The notes under the pieces: model-generated
Told to the model about the DNA's origin: nothing
The model's database searches: none
The model's input: the letters and a program-made list of their open reading frames with translations, nothing else
Assembly: GCA_038087875.1 (NCBI GenBank)
Contig: CM075987.1
Location: forward strand, 17,548,001 to 17,612,000
Length of the DNA: 64,000 bases
Direction: 5' to 3'
Origin: Malacoraja senta
Lineage: Eukaryota
Position numbers and translations under genes: made by a program
Part shown: positions 1 through 11,811 of the stretch, one piece after another
Position numbering within the stretch: position 1 is the stretch's first letter
Layout: every line of letters begins with the position of its first letter

Positions 1-294
1 GGCACTCACTAACCTCTGTGTAGAGACAACTTGCCCCGCACATCTCCTTTCACATTGCCCCTCACGTATTTGATTTCTCTATCGTAGGAAAGAGGTTCTG
101 ACTGTCAATCCTCTCATAGTTTTATATACTATCGGAGCTCCCTGCAGCCTCTGGCGTTCCAGAGAAAATAATCTAACTCTATCCAAACTCTCCAATGCAG
201 GCTTCATTCAGGCAAACCTCCTGTGCACCCTCTCCAAAGCCTCTGCCCCCCTTTGTGAATGCCCACCCAAGGCTTGGTGAAGGGGTCCACTCAC

Positions 295-469
295 CCGGTG
301 CAGTTGCTGCAGTTGCTTGGCCAGGTTGGGTGCAGGGGATGTGTTTCTCATTCCACACTGAGCCGGCACCCTCTTCACATCTTCAGGCCTGTACATCAAA
401 TGTTGCCCGCTCACAGATCCCCTCAGATGCTCGATGACGTAGGTCCGGTTACTGAGGACAATCAGGGCG
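295..469 (-). CDS. ADAM-family metalloprotease, coding exon 6 (end of prodomain, cysteine-switch region)
   Basis: Pyrimidine-rich acceptor ...ctctcccag and donor gtgagt; 175 nt, phase 2 to 0. Reads (S)ALIVLSNRTYVIEHLRGSVSGQHLMYRPEDVKRVPAQCGMRNTSPAPNLAKQLQQLHR, matching the ADAM prodomain YxIEP..H.xY..CG pattern. Confidence 0.92.
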
Positions 470-633
470 CTGGGAGAGGGAGAGAAGATGCTCACTGTTG
501 ACCCAAACTCTGATCAATGTTACGCCCAGCAGTTGCACAGTGAGCATCCCTGGCCCCGCGCTCACAGCCCAGTACGTTACCCAGCGAGCCACCCCCTCTC
601 CGCACCCCCGCACCGCCGACCGGCCACGTGTAC

Positions 634-710
634 CTGAGTCCTGAGCAGGTGCTGGCAGACACGGCAGAGCCTCGCAGGCTTCTGATAAACCCCTCGTAGT
701 AACACAAACC
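634..710 (-). CDS. ADAM-family metalloprotease, coding exon 5 (prodomain)
   Basis: Branch point ctaac plus acceptor ctctctcctcacag; donor gtacac; 77 nt, phase 0 to 2. Reads GLCYYEGFIRSLRGSAVSASTCSGL, the ADAM CyYxG..S.vs.stCsGL motif. Confidence 0.93.
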
Positions 711-804
711 CTGTGAGGAGAGAGTTCAGTGTTAGCATTACCTTCACCACTCAGAGGCCCAGAGAGTGCGGCCATTACACGTCCCCCACAGCCAGCTCTC
801 TCCC

Positions 805-951
805 AACATCAGCATCAACATCAGCATCAGCATCAACATCAGCATCAACATCAGCATCAACATCAACATCAGTATCATCAACATCAACATCAGCATCAAC
901 ATCAACATCAGCATCAGCATCAACATCAGTATCATCAACATCAGCATCAAC
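805..951. repeat. Hexanucleotide microsatellite (AACATC/AGCATC)n in ADAM intron
   Basis: About 24 direct hexamer units visible. Confidence 0.95.
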
Positions 952-1454
952 ACAACCCTCCATGTTTGAGGAGGTGACGAGTGTGGGACGGTGGATGTTT
1001 ATTCCTCTATTCCCTCTATTCCCCCTCCTCCCCCACCCCTCTTATTTTCCCTGTTTGTGAAATATATAAGTGACTTGGTTGTAAATATAGGCAGGCAGAT
1101 TAGTAAGTTTACAGGTCAGACTAAAATTCAGACACAACCTGCCCACCTTTGCCTTCCGTCAGTTGACTCTCAGACTGTGTGGGTACCTTACCCCTGGGTA
1201 AGTGTACACTACCACAGTTGCCCTCATTGGCTCTCATCCCCAGGGAACTCTGGTAGATTAGACACATGTAGTATTCCTTTCATAAATCCATGCAATCTCT
1301 GCCCAACCCTGCCATTCATGTCAAGGTGATATGTTATTGCATCTTTCACTGTTGATCCCAGTATAATCCCTACCACTGACATCTGACAATCCAGAGTCCC
1401 TTGTTACCTCTGTCCCTCTTTCCAATACAGTCAGCTCACACTTGCTGCCCTCCA

Positions 1455-1800
1455 ATTCACTCCTCATAACTTTTGACTCCCTTACTAATCAAGAACCTAG
1501 AAATTTTCGTTTTATAAGTACCAAATATTTTTACCTCCACAGCTGTCTGTGGCAATGAATTCCACAGATTCACCACCCTCTGGCTGAGTAAATTCCCCTT
1601 CATCTCCTTTCTAAAGGTATGCCCTTTTATTCTGAGGCTGTCACCTCTGGTCCTTGACTCCCCCATTAGTGGAAACATCCTCTCCACATCCACTCGATCC
1701 AGGCCTTTCGTTATCTGGTAAGTTTCAATGAGAACCCCACTGATCCTTCTAAACTTCAGCCCAGAGCTGTCAAACGCTCATCATATGTTAACTCAATCAT
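1455..1800 (-). mobile_element. CR1 LINE 3' fragment
   Basis: ORF 1457..1693 MFPLMGESRTRGDSLRIKG...QRVVNLWNSLP is the CR1 ORF2 C-terminus. Confidence 0.85.
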
Positions 1801-1887
1801 TTTTAGTTTAGAGATACAGCGCGGAAACAGACCCTTCGGCCCACTGGGTCCGTGCTGACCAGCGATCCCCGCACATTAACACTATCC

Positions 1888-2017
1888 TAAATTAAGAATG
1901 ACTTGGAAAGAGAACTTCAAATTTCTCTATCTATAGAGAAATGGGAGAGGATTCTTCAATTAGTCAATACCTCCTCAATGTGTGCAAGACACACTCTGAT
2001 ACAATTCAAGGTGGTTC
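1888..2017 (+). mobile_element. Short L1 ORF2 fragment
   Basis: Translates WERILQLVNTSSMCARHTLIQFKVV, homologous to WNEYLLKVHKCSINVRHTLIQFKIL of the L1 at 22849-26640. Confidence 0.7.
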
Positions 2018-2019
2018 AG

Positions 2020-2400
2020 AGTTCGAATTGAATTAGACTTTATTAATCCCCTTATCCAGAAGAAATTCAGATGTCCTTGCAGCACACTAATAAAATATAA
2101 CATAGTATTAAAAAGAAGTTCAAAACACAAAAACATCCCCCCACAGTGGTTCCCACCGTGAGGGAAGGCACAAAGTCCAGTCCCCATCCTCTTGTCCACC
2201 CAGAGTCGGGCCCACTGAGGCCTCCACAGTCGCCGCCACGGCGCCCGATGTTCTCGCCGGGTGATGGTGCTCCGGCGTCGGGAGAACCCCCAGCGGCTTG
2301 GGGTACCAGGAACGACCACCTTCCCACCGAAGACGCGGCTTCCAAGCCAACAGACCGCGCAGGATGGAGCTCCACACACTTGCAATCTGGGATCTCTTGC
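2020..2400 (-). mobile_element. Short non-autonomous retroposon, hairpin-core copy A (Rex1-type tail)
   Basis: GC-rich body, hairpin at 2136-2165, U-rich stretch, tail ggggattaataaagtctaattcaattc. Confidence 0.6.
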
Positions 2401-2409
2401 TGAGATGAC

Positions 2410-2920
2410 AAACAGTAACGGGCCCAGTACCGAACCCTGAGGCACATCACTAGCCACAGGCATCCAGTCCAAATAACAACCTTCCACCATCACCCTCTGC
2501 TTCCTTCCATGGAGCCAATTTGCTATCCATTCAGCTACTGTATCCCTCCTTGGATCCCATGCGATCTAACCTTCCAGAGCAACCTACCATGCGGCACCTT
2601 GACGAACGCCTTACTGAACTCCATGTACACAACATCTACAGCTCTGCCCTCATCAATCTTATGGTCACGTCTTCAAAAAATTCAATCAGATTTGTGAGAC
2701 ACGACCTCCCATGTACAAAACCATGCTGACTGTCCCTAATCAGATGTTGCCTATAGTCATAGGGTCATAGAGTGATACAGCGTGGAAACAGGCCCTTCGG
2801 CCCAACTTGCCCACACCGGCCAACAAAGTCCCAGCTGCACTAGTTCCACCTGCCTGCATTTGGTCCATATCCCTCCAAACCTGTCCTATCCATATACCAG
2901 TCTAACTGTTTCTTAAATGC
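2410..2920 (-). mobile_element. CR1 fragments (RT region and 3' end)
   Basis: VASDVPQGSVLGPLLF RT motif; 3' tail ctgtatcactctatgacc. Confidence 0.75.
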
Positions 2921-3983
2921 ATGTACGTCTTATCCCTCTATACTTATCCACCTATACTTTGTTCCTGCCACTACGTTTCTGCAGTTAACATAACATAGCA
3001 CAGCACAGGAACAGGCCCTCCAGCCCACAATATCTGTGCTCAACATGATACCATATTAACCTAATGCCCTGCCTGCACGTAATCCATATCCCTCCATTCT
3101 CTGCATTTCCACGTGCCTATCTAAAGCCTCATTCATGTCACTATCGTATGAGGCATAGATAAGGTAGACAGTCTGAACCCCTTCATCAAATACTTGGCTC
3201 TAATGTGAGAGGAACAAGGTGCCAAGTGAAAAGGAAACAGGAAATCGGATGAGGGGAGAAGAGGAGGAGTTATAGGTAAAGCCAGAGGGACGGATATGAT
3301 GAAGGGGAAACATACGGCTCAGGGATGGGAGATGACCATACAGAAGAGAGGAAAGAAGCATGTTGACTAGAGTGTTGGGAGATGGTGGGAGAAGTGAATA
3401 TGGAGACAGGGAAGCGAGGACCAGGGTAGGTATCTTGGCATTGCAGAATTTAATTGCATCTTGGTGGAACCAGTCTGTTGCTGAAGGTGCTCCTCAGTTT
3501 GACCAGTGTGTCACGGAGGGAGTGAGCTGTATTGTCCAGGATGCTCCGCAGTTTGAGGAGCATCCTCCCCTCCAAGACCACCTCCAGTGAATCCAACTCC
3601 GCCCCCAGGATGGAGCCAGCCTTGCTGATGAGTTTCTTGATCCTATTGGCGTCCGCAACCTTCGCCCTGTTGCCCCAGCACACGGCAGCGAAGAAGATGG
3701 CACTGGCTACCACCGATTGGTAGAACATCTGCAGCATCTCACTGCAGATGTTGAAGGAGCTGAGCCTTCTCAAAAAAGTACAGCCGTCTCTGTCCCTTCT
3801 TGTACAGGGCCTCAGCGTTCCTGGACCAGTCCAGTTTACTGTCCATGTACACTCCAAGTTAATTGTACTCCCTGGTAAACTGCTCATCCACACCATTGAT
3901 GGAGATAGGGGACAGGGTGTTCCTCTCCTCCTAAAGTCCACCACCAACTCCTTAGTCTTGCAGGTGTTGAGCTGCAGGTGATT

Positions 3984-6475
3984 TATTTATTTAGCAAATG
4001 CGAAGTCCTTTAGCCAAGCAGTTGCCTCTTGATCTGCTGTATGAAGGGAGACAAGTCCTCCTTTAAGTCTTTTTTGTGGGCATGCTTCAATGATGTGTTG
4101 CATTGTTTGCTGCTCTCCACAAGCACACCGTGGGGTTGGGCTGCTGCCCCATTTGTGAAGGCTGGCCAAGCAGGGGCCATGTCCAGTCCTGAATCTATTC
4201 AGCGTCGTCCACTGCTTCCTTGGGAGATTGGTGCCAGGGACCGGTAGAGTTGGGTCTGACACCAGATGTTTATTTGGGACGTCCTTGGACTCCCATTCCT
4301 TTTTCCAAGCTGATTGGGTGATGAAATCAGCTGGTGGTGGGTTCTTCCAAATTGGTCGTCTAGATGGAAGTCGAGCAGTGGGTGGGTTGAAGATGTCCAT
4401 GTGAATTGGCAGATGAGGGGAGTTTTTGGTCTTTTGGAGCATCATTTGAGTGAGGGCTACTCGCTGGATGTGTGGAGGGGCTATATTGGATAGGACAGGG
4501 AGCCAGGGGAGTGGTGTTGAGCGGATTGTTCCTGTGATGATCCTCATCGTTGAGTTCAATTGGGTGTCCACATGGTGTGTGTGGGATGACCTGGACCAAA
4601 CAGGGGCGCAATATTCGGCTGAAGAAAATGCAAGGGCTAGTGCTGAAATGCGCAGTGTGGGGGCTGCTGCCCCCCACTTTGAGCCAACAAGCTTACTGAG
4701 GAGATTGTTTCTGGACTTCACCTTAGCTGCTGTCCTTTTGAGATATTCCTTGAAGGATAGGGTCCTGTCAAGGGTCACTCCGAGGTAGGTTGGAGTGGGG
4801 GCATACTTCAGTTTGGTCCTGCTCAGATAGATGTTTGGTTCTCTTGTGGCTTCTGCATTATGGAGGTGGAACACACTGGAGACCGTTTTTTCTGGGCTTG
4901 GTTTTAGGCGCCAGGTTTTGCAGTACTCGTCTAGTTTAACAAGGTCTTCATTGAGCACCTGTTCCAATGTACCAAAGTCTGGTGCTTGGAAGGCCAAACA
5001 GATGTCATCTGCATAGATGAATTTATGCAGGAGACTGCGGGACCTGGAGCTGATGCAGCGGGGTCCGGAGCGGAGACTGCGGGACCCGGGGCTGATGCTG
5101 TGGCGGGCCGTCTCGGAGCGGAGACGGCGTTCCATCTTTCGGCGGCAGCGACATCACCACGGAGGTCCGCTGGACTGGAGGGCGGCATCTTCGGCCTGGA
5201 TCGATCGCCTCAGCGCAGAGGGAGAACAAGGAGAGAAGAGACGGAGACTAAGACTTTGCCTCCATCACAGTGAGGGTGTGCTTGGTGAACTCACTGTGGT
5301 GGATGTTTAATTTGTGTTTATTGTATGTTTTGTTATTATTGGTTCTGTGTATGACTGCAGGCATCACAATTTCGTTCAGACCGAAAGGTCTGAATGACAA
5401 TAAAGGAAACTTGAACTTGAACTTGAACTTGCGGGATTTGGTGGTGGGTAGGTCATTTGTGTAAAGGTTGAACAAGGTTGGGGCTAAAACTGACCCTTGC
5501 GGGAGCCCATTCTTCTGTGTTCTCCATGCACTCTTGTTCTGTCCAAGGTGAACTCTGAACCTGCGGTTGGAGAGCAGAGATTTGATGGTTTCTGATGCCC
5601 AGGCAGGGAGTGCTTTGGTGAGTTTTAGGAGGAGGCCTTGGTGCCACACAGTGTCATAGGCTGCGGTGAGATCTAGGAACACTGCCCCGGTCTTCAGTTT
5701 GTTCTCGATGCCGTGTTCAATGCAGGTGGTTAGGGCCAGAACTTGTTCTCCTGTACTGCGGTCCTTGCGGAAACCTGCCTGGTCCACACTGAGAATCTCT
5801 TCTACTCCTGGAGATATACGTTGTAGTATAAGGCGTTCTAAGATTTTGAGTGGGACGCAGAGTAGAGAGATTGGGCGGTAGCTTGCTGGTAGTTTTTCGT
5901 CTTTGCCAGGTTTTGGTATAGCAATGACTTTTGCTGTCCGCCATATCTTTGGAATGGAGTTAGTCTGTATGGCCCTAGTGTAGAGTTGGGTCAGCCAGGT
6001 TAGAGCTCGGGGGCCCAGGTGTTTCATGAACTCTGGAGAGATGTTATCATAACCTGCTGCCTTTCCACATTTCAGGCCCTGCAGGACCTTCTCCAGTTCA
6101 GCCACCTCGAAGAGCTCAGGGTTTCTTTCCTTTCCAGGTGTTCGTCGAAGTGTCCTTAGCTCTGTTGCGACAGCTCTTCGTGGACTTGTCTTGGGGTGCT
6201 TTTGCAATATTCAGTAGGTGGAATGCAACCTGGTTGGGTGTGACAGGAGGTCGGCTTTGGGTGGGAGGTTTCTGTGCAGCTCCTAGGCGGCGGATGAGGC
6301 TCCAGCATTTTCTGCTAGAGTGGGTGAAGTTAAGCTCTGCTACTGTCTCCTCCCATTTCCTTTGCCGAGATGAAGATAGTGATTCAATGAGATGTTCTGC
6401 TATCTCAGGGTCCCCTGATATTTTGTAGGTTTGTAGGAGGGCAGCGCTTTCTCCATCCAGGCATGGGACGTAGAG
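3984..6475 (-). mobile_element. Vingi/Ingi-type (I-group) LINE, 5'-truncated and disrupted
   Basis: RT motifs YRPISLL, FLDLTAAYDTVW, GLPQGSVLAPTLF, IYADDIC; C-terminus WGAAAPTLR..EYCAPVW and C-x-C..H..C. (TAAA)n tail directly after the stop; TSD ggtgatt at 3977-3983 and 6476-6482. Confidence 0.8.
5024..5428 (+). mobile_element. Short non-autonomous retroposon, hairpin-core copy C, inserted into the Vingi RT
   Basis: Splits KF|IYADD. Hairpin at 5261-5303; terminal GAAA-loop hairpin ttcagacc-gaaa-ggtctgaa; tail tgacaataaag+(aacttg)n; target tgaa(c/t)tt mimics the tail. Confidence 0.75.
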
Positions 6476-6810
6476 GGTGATTCAGCCCACACCACTCAAC
6501 AAAGTCGTTGACTACACCTCTGTATTCAGCTTCCCTCCCCTCACTGATGCAACCCACAATTAGTCATCTGAAAACTGAATGAAGCAAGGAGTTGTGGAGC
6601 GAGCGGTCTCTGCAGAAGGGAGAAAGGGGTGGGGATGGGACGAGGTGACTGGTGTCATCAACTGATTTCAGGAGAACATGGTGGCATAAAACTGGCATTG
6701 CCTCCCACAAACGGTGGTTGTCACTCACTCAGCTGTGAACTGTAAATTAGTTTGATGAGCTTGCTTCTAAGCTGGAGACTTGTTCTGGTATGTGGGTTTG
6801 GAGTCTGCTG

Positions 6811-7295
6811 AATAGACAATAGACAATAGGTGCAGGAGTAGGCCATTCGGGCCTTTGAGCCAGCACCGCCATTCAATGTGATCATGGCTGATCATCCACA
6901 ATCAGTACCCTGTTCGTGCCTTCTCCCCATATCCCCTGACTCCGCTATCTTTAAGAGCCCTATCTAGCTCTCTCTTGAAAGTATCCAGAGAACCAGCCTC
7001 TGAGGCAGAGAATTCCACAGACTCACAACTCTTTGTGTGAAAAATAATGTCCTCATCTCCGATCTAAATGGCTTACTCCTTATTCTTAAACTGTGGCCCC
7101 TGTTCTGGACTCCCCCAACATCGGGGACATGTTTCTTACCTCTAGTGTGTCCAAACCATTAATAATCTTATATGTTTCAATAAGATATCCTCTCATCCTT
7201 CTAAATTCCAGAGTTTACAAGCCCAGCCGCTCTATTTTATCAACATATGACAATCCTGCCATCCCGGGAATTAACCGTGTAAACCTACACTGAAT
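6811..7295 (-). mobile_element. CR1 (HER1-like) 3' end
   Basis: CR1 C-terminal coding sequence, 3' UTR ggctcaaaggcccgaatggcctactcctgcacc and (ctattgt)n tail. Confidence 0.85.
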
Positions 7296-7788
7296 GACAG
7301 GTTGGACTCGAGGGGCTGAATGACCCTGCCTGTTCCCAGCTGTTCTTCACTTTGACTAAACGTCCAGGTGCTAAAACAAGTGCAGACCTGCATCTTCTAT
7401 CCCTGCATGAAGCGAGGAGGTAGACAATGATGGTGTTTGCTGGGCCGACCTGCATCGCTTATTGTTGAAGAGTAACCTGAAGACATTGTCATTCATGCTG
7501 AAAGTGGGTTAGGTTTGGAAATGAACGTGACTTGGTACAGCACAGAAAGAGGCCCTTCAGCCCACCGTGTCCATGCTCACCAGGTTGGCATACTGGACTA
7601 GTCCCAGTTGTCTGCTTTGGGCCCATTGCCCTGTAAACCCTATCCATGTCTCTGTCCAAATGTTTCTTGTGCGGCCCTGGATGGCAACATCCTTGTGGCA
7701 GAGAGGAAATAACTGAAGAGAGGAGAGGACGGAGTGTTATATGGAAGGAAGGCGGGTGTGAGTGCCAGAGTTTGCCGATAATCCTCAC

Positions 7789-7867
7789 CGACTGCAAGTC
7801 CTTCTCCGTCACCAGGGTCCCGTTCGAGTCGTAGTGAGACACCTGAAACCCCTTCGGCACCAGGAAC
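7789..7867 (-). CDS. ADAM-family metalloprotease, coding exon 4 (prodomain)
   Basis: Acceptor ctctctctgtttgtgccgcag and donor gtgagg; 79 nt, phase 2 to 0. Reads (K)FLVPKGFQVSHYDSNGTLVTEKDLQS and joins exons 3 and 5 in frame. Confidence 0.9.
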
Positions 7868-7929
7868 CTGCGGCACAAACAGAGAGAGGAGGGATAGGTT
7901 TGACCGCACTGTGAACTGTGGAAAGACGG

Positions 7930-8300
7930 TGGTCCCCAGACAGTCACCACTGCTGCCCTACAAGGATGCCCTCATGCCCCTTACTGTACCCGCTCTACAC
8001 TCACGACTGTGTGGCCACACACTGCTCTAACCCATCTACACGTTTGCAGATGACACTGCTGTGGTGGGCCGGTTCTCGAACAATGACAAGATGGCGGACA
8101 GGAAGGAGACGTGTAGTAAGATGGTGTCAAGACATCAATCTCTCCGTTCATCTCAGCAAGACACAGGAGCTGCTCCTCCCACTTCAGGAAAGCACACACC
8201 AGTCGGCTTCAATGGTGCCAAAGTGGAGATCGTCGAGAGCTTCAAGGTCCTAAGTGTAAACATCAACAACAATTTGTCCTGGTCCAACCACACTGTAGCT
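7930..8300 (+). mobile_element. Degenerate Rex1 RT fragment
   Basis: Remnants of PLLYPLYTHDC, FADDT and WCQD.NLS..SKTQEL. Confidence 0.65.
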
Positions 8301-8599
8301 AGAGCCGATCTTCCAACCTACCTGATTAAAGACCTCGCACTTTTAAATCTGCAGTTTCTCTGTTACTGTGATACTGTAACACTATTTTCGTCACTCTGAT
8401 ATTTTTCGCTTTGCACTACATATTGAACTTGTGTGCGACTTGTCTTTTCCTCTCTGACTTTTGATCCACTGCCCACATATCAGACTCCCCCTCACCTGTG
8501 TCCACCTATCACTTGCCAGGCTTTATCCTGCTCCTCCTCTCTTCCAGCTTTATTCTCCCCCCTCCCCCACCGACAAACAGTCTGAAGAAGGGTCCTGAC

Positions 8600-8880
8600 A
8601 AAACATCACCTATCCATGTTCTCCACAGATGCTGCCTGACCCGCTGAGTTACTCCAGCACTCTGTGAAACGTCACCTATCCATGTTCTCCACAGATGCTG
8701 CCTGACCCGCTGAATTACTCCAGCACTCTGTGAAACTTCACCTATCCATGTTTTCCACAGATGCTGCCTGACCCGCTGAGTTACTCCAGCACTCTGTGAA
8801 ACGTCACCTATCCACGTTCTCCACAGATGTTGCCTGACCCGCTGAGTTACTCCAGCAGCCTGTGAAAGGTCACCTATCCA
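8600..8880 (+). repeat. 66-bp tandem repeat (about 4.2 copies) derived from a Penelope-type terminal repeat
   Basis: Units start at 8600, 8666, 8732, 8798 and 8864: gaaacgtcacctatccatgttctccacagatgctgcctgacccgctgagttactccagcactctgt. Confidence 0.9.
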
Positions 8881-9153
8881 TTTATCGGCCTTTAATCCAT
8901 TCAATTTACCCAACACCACTTCCCGACTAACCTGGATTTCACTCAGTTCCTCCATCTCCTTTGACCCGCGGCCCCCTGCTATTTCCGGCAGATTATTTAT
9001 GTCTTCCTGGTTCCGTCTTCACTAAGGAAGACATAAATAATCTGCCGGAAATAGCAGGGGGCCGCGGGTCAAAGGAGATGGAGGAACTGAGTGAAATCCA
9101 GGTTAGTCGGGAAGTGGTGTTGGGTAAATTGAATGGATTAAAGGCCGATAAAT
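8880..9153. repeat. Perfect 129-bp inverted repeat (fold-back) at a CR1 5' junction
   Basis: 8880-9008 is the reverse complement of 9025-9153, with a 16-nt spacer. Confidence 0.92.
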
Positions 9154-10733
9154 CACCAGGGCCAGATAGGCTGCATCCCAGAGTACTTAAGGAAGTAGCT
9201 CCAGAAATAGTGGATGCATTAGTGATAATTTTTCAAAACTCTTTAGATTCTGGAGTAGTTCCTGAGGATTGGAGGGTAGCAAACGTAACCCCACTTTTTA
9301 AGAAGGGAGGGAGAGAGAAAACGGGGAATTACAGACCAGTTAGTCTAACATCGGTAGTGGGGAAACTGCTAGAGTCAGTTATTAAAGATGGGATAGCAGC
9401 ACATTTGGAAAGTGGTGAAATCATTGGACAAAGTCAGCATGGATTTACGAAAGGTAAATCGTGTCTGACGAATCTTATAGAATTTTTCGAGGATGTAACT
9501 AGTAGAGTGGATAGGGGAGAACCAGTGGATGTGTTGTATCTGGACTTTCAGAAGGCTTTCGACAAGGTACCACATAAGAGATTAGGATACAAACTTAAAT
9601 CACACGGTATTGGGGGTTCAGTATTGATGTGGATAGAGAACTGGCTGGCAAACAGGAAGCAAAGAGTAGGAGTAAACGGGTCCTTTTCACAATGGCAGGC
9701 AGTGACTAGTGGGGTACCGCAAGGCTCAGTGCTAGGACCCCAGCTATTTACAATTTATATTAATGATCTGGACGAGGGAATTGAAAGCAACATCTCCAAG
9801 TTTGCGGATGAAACTAAGCTGGGGGGCAGTGTTAGCTGTGAGGAGGATGCTAGGAGACTGCAAGGTGACTTGGATAGGCTGGGTGAGTGGGCAAATGTTT
9901 GGCAGATGCAGTATAATGTGGATAAATGTGAGGTTATCCACTTTGGTAGCAAAAACGGGAAGGCAGACTATTATCTAAATGGTGGCCGATTAGGAAATGG
10001 GGAGATGCAGCGAGACCTGGGTGTCATGGTACACCAGTCATTGAAAGTAGGCATGCAGGTGCAGCAGGCAGTGAAGAAAGCGAATGGTATGTTGGCCTTC
10101 ATAGCAAGAGGATTTGAGTATAGGAGCAGCGAGGTTCTACTGCAGTTGTACAGGGTCTTGGTGAGACCACACCTGGAGTATTGCGTACAGTTTTGGTCTC
10201 CAAATCTGAGGAAGGACATTATAGCCATAGAGGGAGTGCAGAGAAGGTTCACCAGACTGATTCCTGGGATGTCAGGACTTTCATATGAAGAAAGACTGGA
10301 TAGACTTGGCTTATACTCGCTAGAATTTAGGAGATTGAGAGGGGATCTTATAGAAACGTACAAAATTCTTATGGGGTTGGACAGGCTAGATGCAGGAAGA
10401 TTGTTCCCGATGTTGGGGAAGTCCAGGACAAGGGGTCACAGCTTAAGGATAAGGGGGAAATCCTTTAAGACCGAGATGAGGAAAAACTTTTTCACACAGA
10501 GAGTGGTGAATCTCTGGAACTCTCTGCCACAGAGGGTAGTTGAGGCCAGTTCATTGGCTATATTTAAGAGGGAATTAGATGTGGCCCTTGTGGCTAAAGG
10601 GATCAGGGGGTATGGAGAGAAGGCAGGTACGGGATACTGAGTTGGATGATCAGCCATGATCGTATTGAATGGCGGTGCAGGCTCGAAGGGCCGAATGGCC
10701 TACTCCTGCACCTATTTTCTATGTATCTATGTT
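9009..10733 (+). mobile_element. Young CR1 LINE, 5'-truncated, RT ORF open to the stop at 10640
   Basis: ORF 8961..10640 has NYRPVSLTSV, YLDFQKAFDKV and GVPQGSVLGP; the catalytic motif reads FADET instead of FADDT; (ttctatg)n tail. Confidence 0.93.
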
Positions 10734-11217
10734 CTCTACAGGTACTGCCTGAGTTACTGCAACACCTTGTGTTCTTGTGTGTAAACTAGCATCTGCAGCT
10801 CCTTGTGTCTAGACTGTAGTCATGTCTGCACGGTTTGACTGGGTAGCCCGCAGACTCATGCTTTTCACTGTATCTTGGTGCAGGTGACAGTAATAAACCA
10901 ATATGTACCGAGTGGAGACAGTTGACGCATCCCTTACTTTACCCTGGTGCAGTTCACAGCCAAGACTCAGGTCTGCACCGACTGTGGTGACTGGAATAGT
11001 CCACGTATGACTGCACTCAGCTTTTGATTTGAGTTTAGTTTATTGTCATGTGTATGAGGTACAGTGTGAGCTGCAACATGTTGGCACGCCCAGTGTGTCC
11101 TGGCACACAGCCACCGTCACAAGGGGTGGCAGGCGTTCCCTCGCTGAGTGCCTGCAGCGGTCGGGCCGGGCAGACAGTGTGGCCTCTCCAGCCCGTCACA
11201 TCTTCCTGAGGGGCGTC

Positions 11218-11520
11218 TGACAGCCGGAGGAGGGTTTACACGCGTGTGTCCACCCCTGAACAGCCGTGTTTACACACACGTGGCCGCCCCCTGAACAGCC
11301 GTGTTTACACATGTCGCCCGCCCCTGAACAGCCGTGTTTACACGTCGCCAGCCCCTGAACAGCCGTGTTTACAGCACGTTCCGGCCCCCTGAACAGCCGT
11401 GTTTACACGCGTTACCCGCACCCTGAACAGCCGTGTGGAGGGTTTACACGCATGTGCCTGCCCTCTGAACAGCCATGTTTACACACATGTTCCCCACCTG
11501 CCTCCACAGCCGTGTTCACT
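11218..11520. repeat. Minisatellite with conserved 22-nt core cccctgaacagccgtgtttaca and variable linkers
   Basis: Cores at 11253, 11288, 11321, 11352, 11386, 11420 and 11462, plus partial flanking copies. Confidence 0.9.
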
Positions 11521-11523
11521 CAC

Positions 11524-11600
11524 TTGTTGCGACGAAGATCCAGGATCAGCCGCTCCCCCGGGACCTCCACCACGATGCTGACATGCTCTGGATGCGTGCC
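11524..11600 (-). CDS. ADAM-family metalloprotease, coding exon 3 (prodomain)
   Basis: Acceptor ctgctttgttacag and donor gtgagt; 77 nt, phase 0 to 2. Reads GTHPEHVSIVVEVPGERLILDLRRN(K), the ADAM g..l.LdL.rN motif. Confidence 0.9.
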
Positions 11601-11811
11601 CTGTAACAAAGCAGATGGTCAGTGGCTGCCCTCTCCCTGGTCAGTCCCACTGGGCAATGGGTCAAGTGGCCACACGCCCTGTGCAAGGGTCAAGCAGATG
11701 GCCAGTGGCCACGAGGCGGTGGGAGAGCTGTCAGTGTGGGCACAGGAGAACGTTATCTACGATTGCAACGGGATGTCCATCAACCGGGCAAGTGGGCTGA
11801 GGAATGGCAGG

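Larger units (their letters stand above)
3450..6575 (-). mobile_element. Rex1/Babar LINE fragment split by a Vingi insertion (pieces 3450-3983 and 6476-6575)
   Basis: FVEWCGLNHLQLNTCKTKELVVDFRR and LRRLSSFNICSEMLQMFYQSVVASAIFFAAVCWG; the frame resumes across the insertion. Confidence 0.8.

Noticed and set aside
713..1060. ORFs encoding poly-HQ, SI/NI, ML, DV or ST dipeptide proteins
   Set aside because: All are translations of an intronic hexamer microsatellite with no splice or domain support.
3987..6207. Two separate RT genes (382 aa and 319 aa)
   Set aside because: One Vingi ORF split by a 400-bp insertion; the ends of both ORFs are insertion read-through.
8509..8955. 148-aa ORF with 22-aa repeats
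   Set aside because: Chance fusion of the inverted CR1 arm and the 66-bp tandem array.
11218..11520. CRISPR array
   Set aside because: Eukaryotic intron, linkers only 9-13 nt and related to each other, no cas genes; it is a minisatellite.
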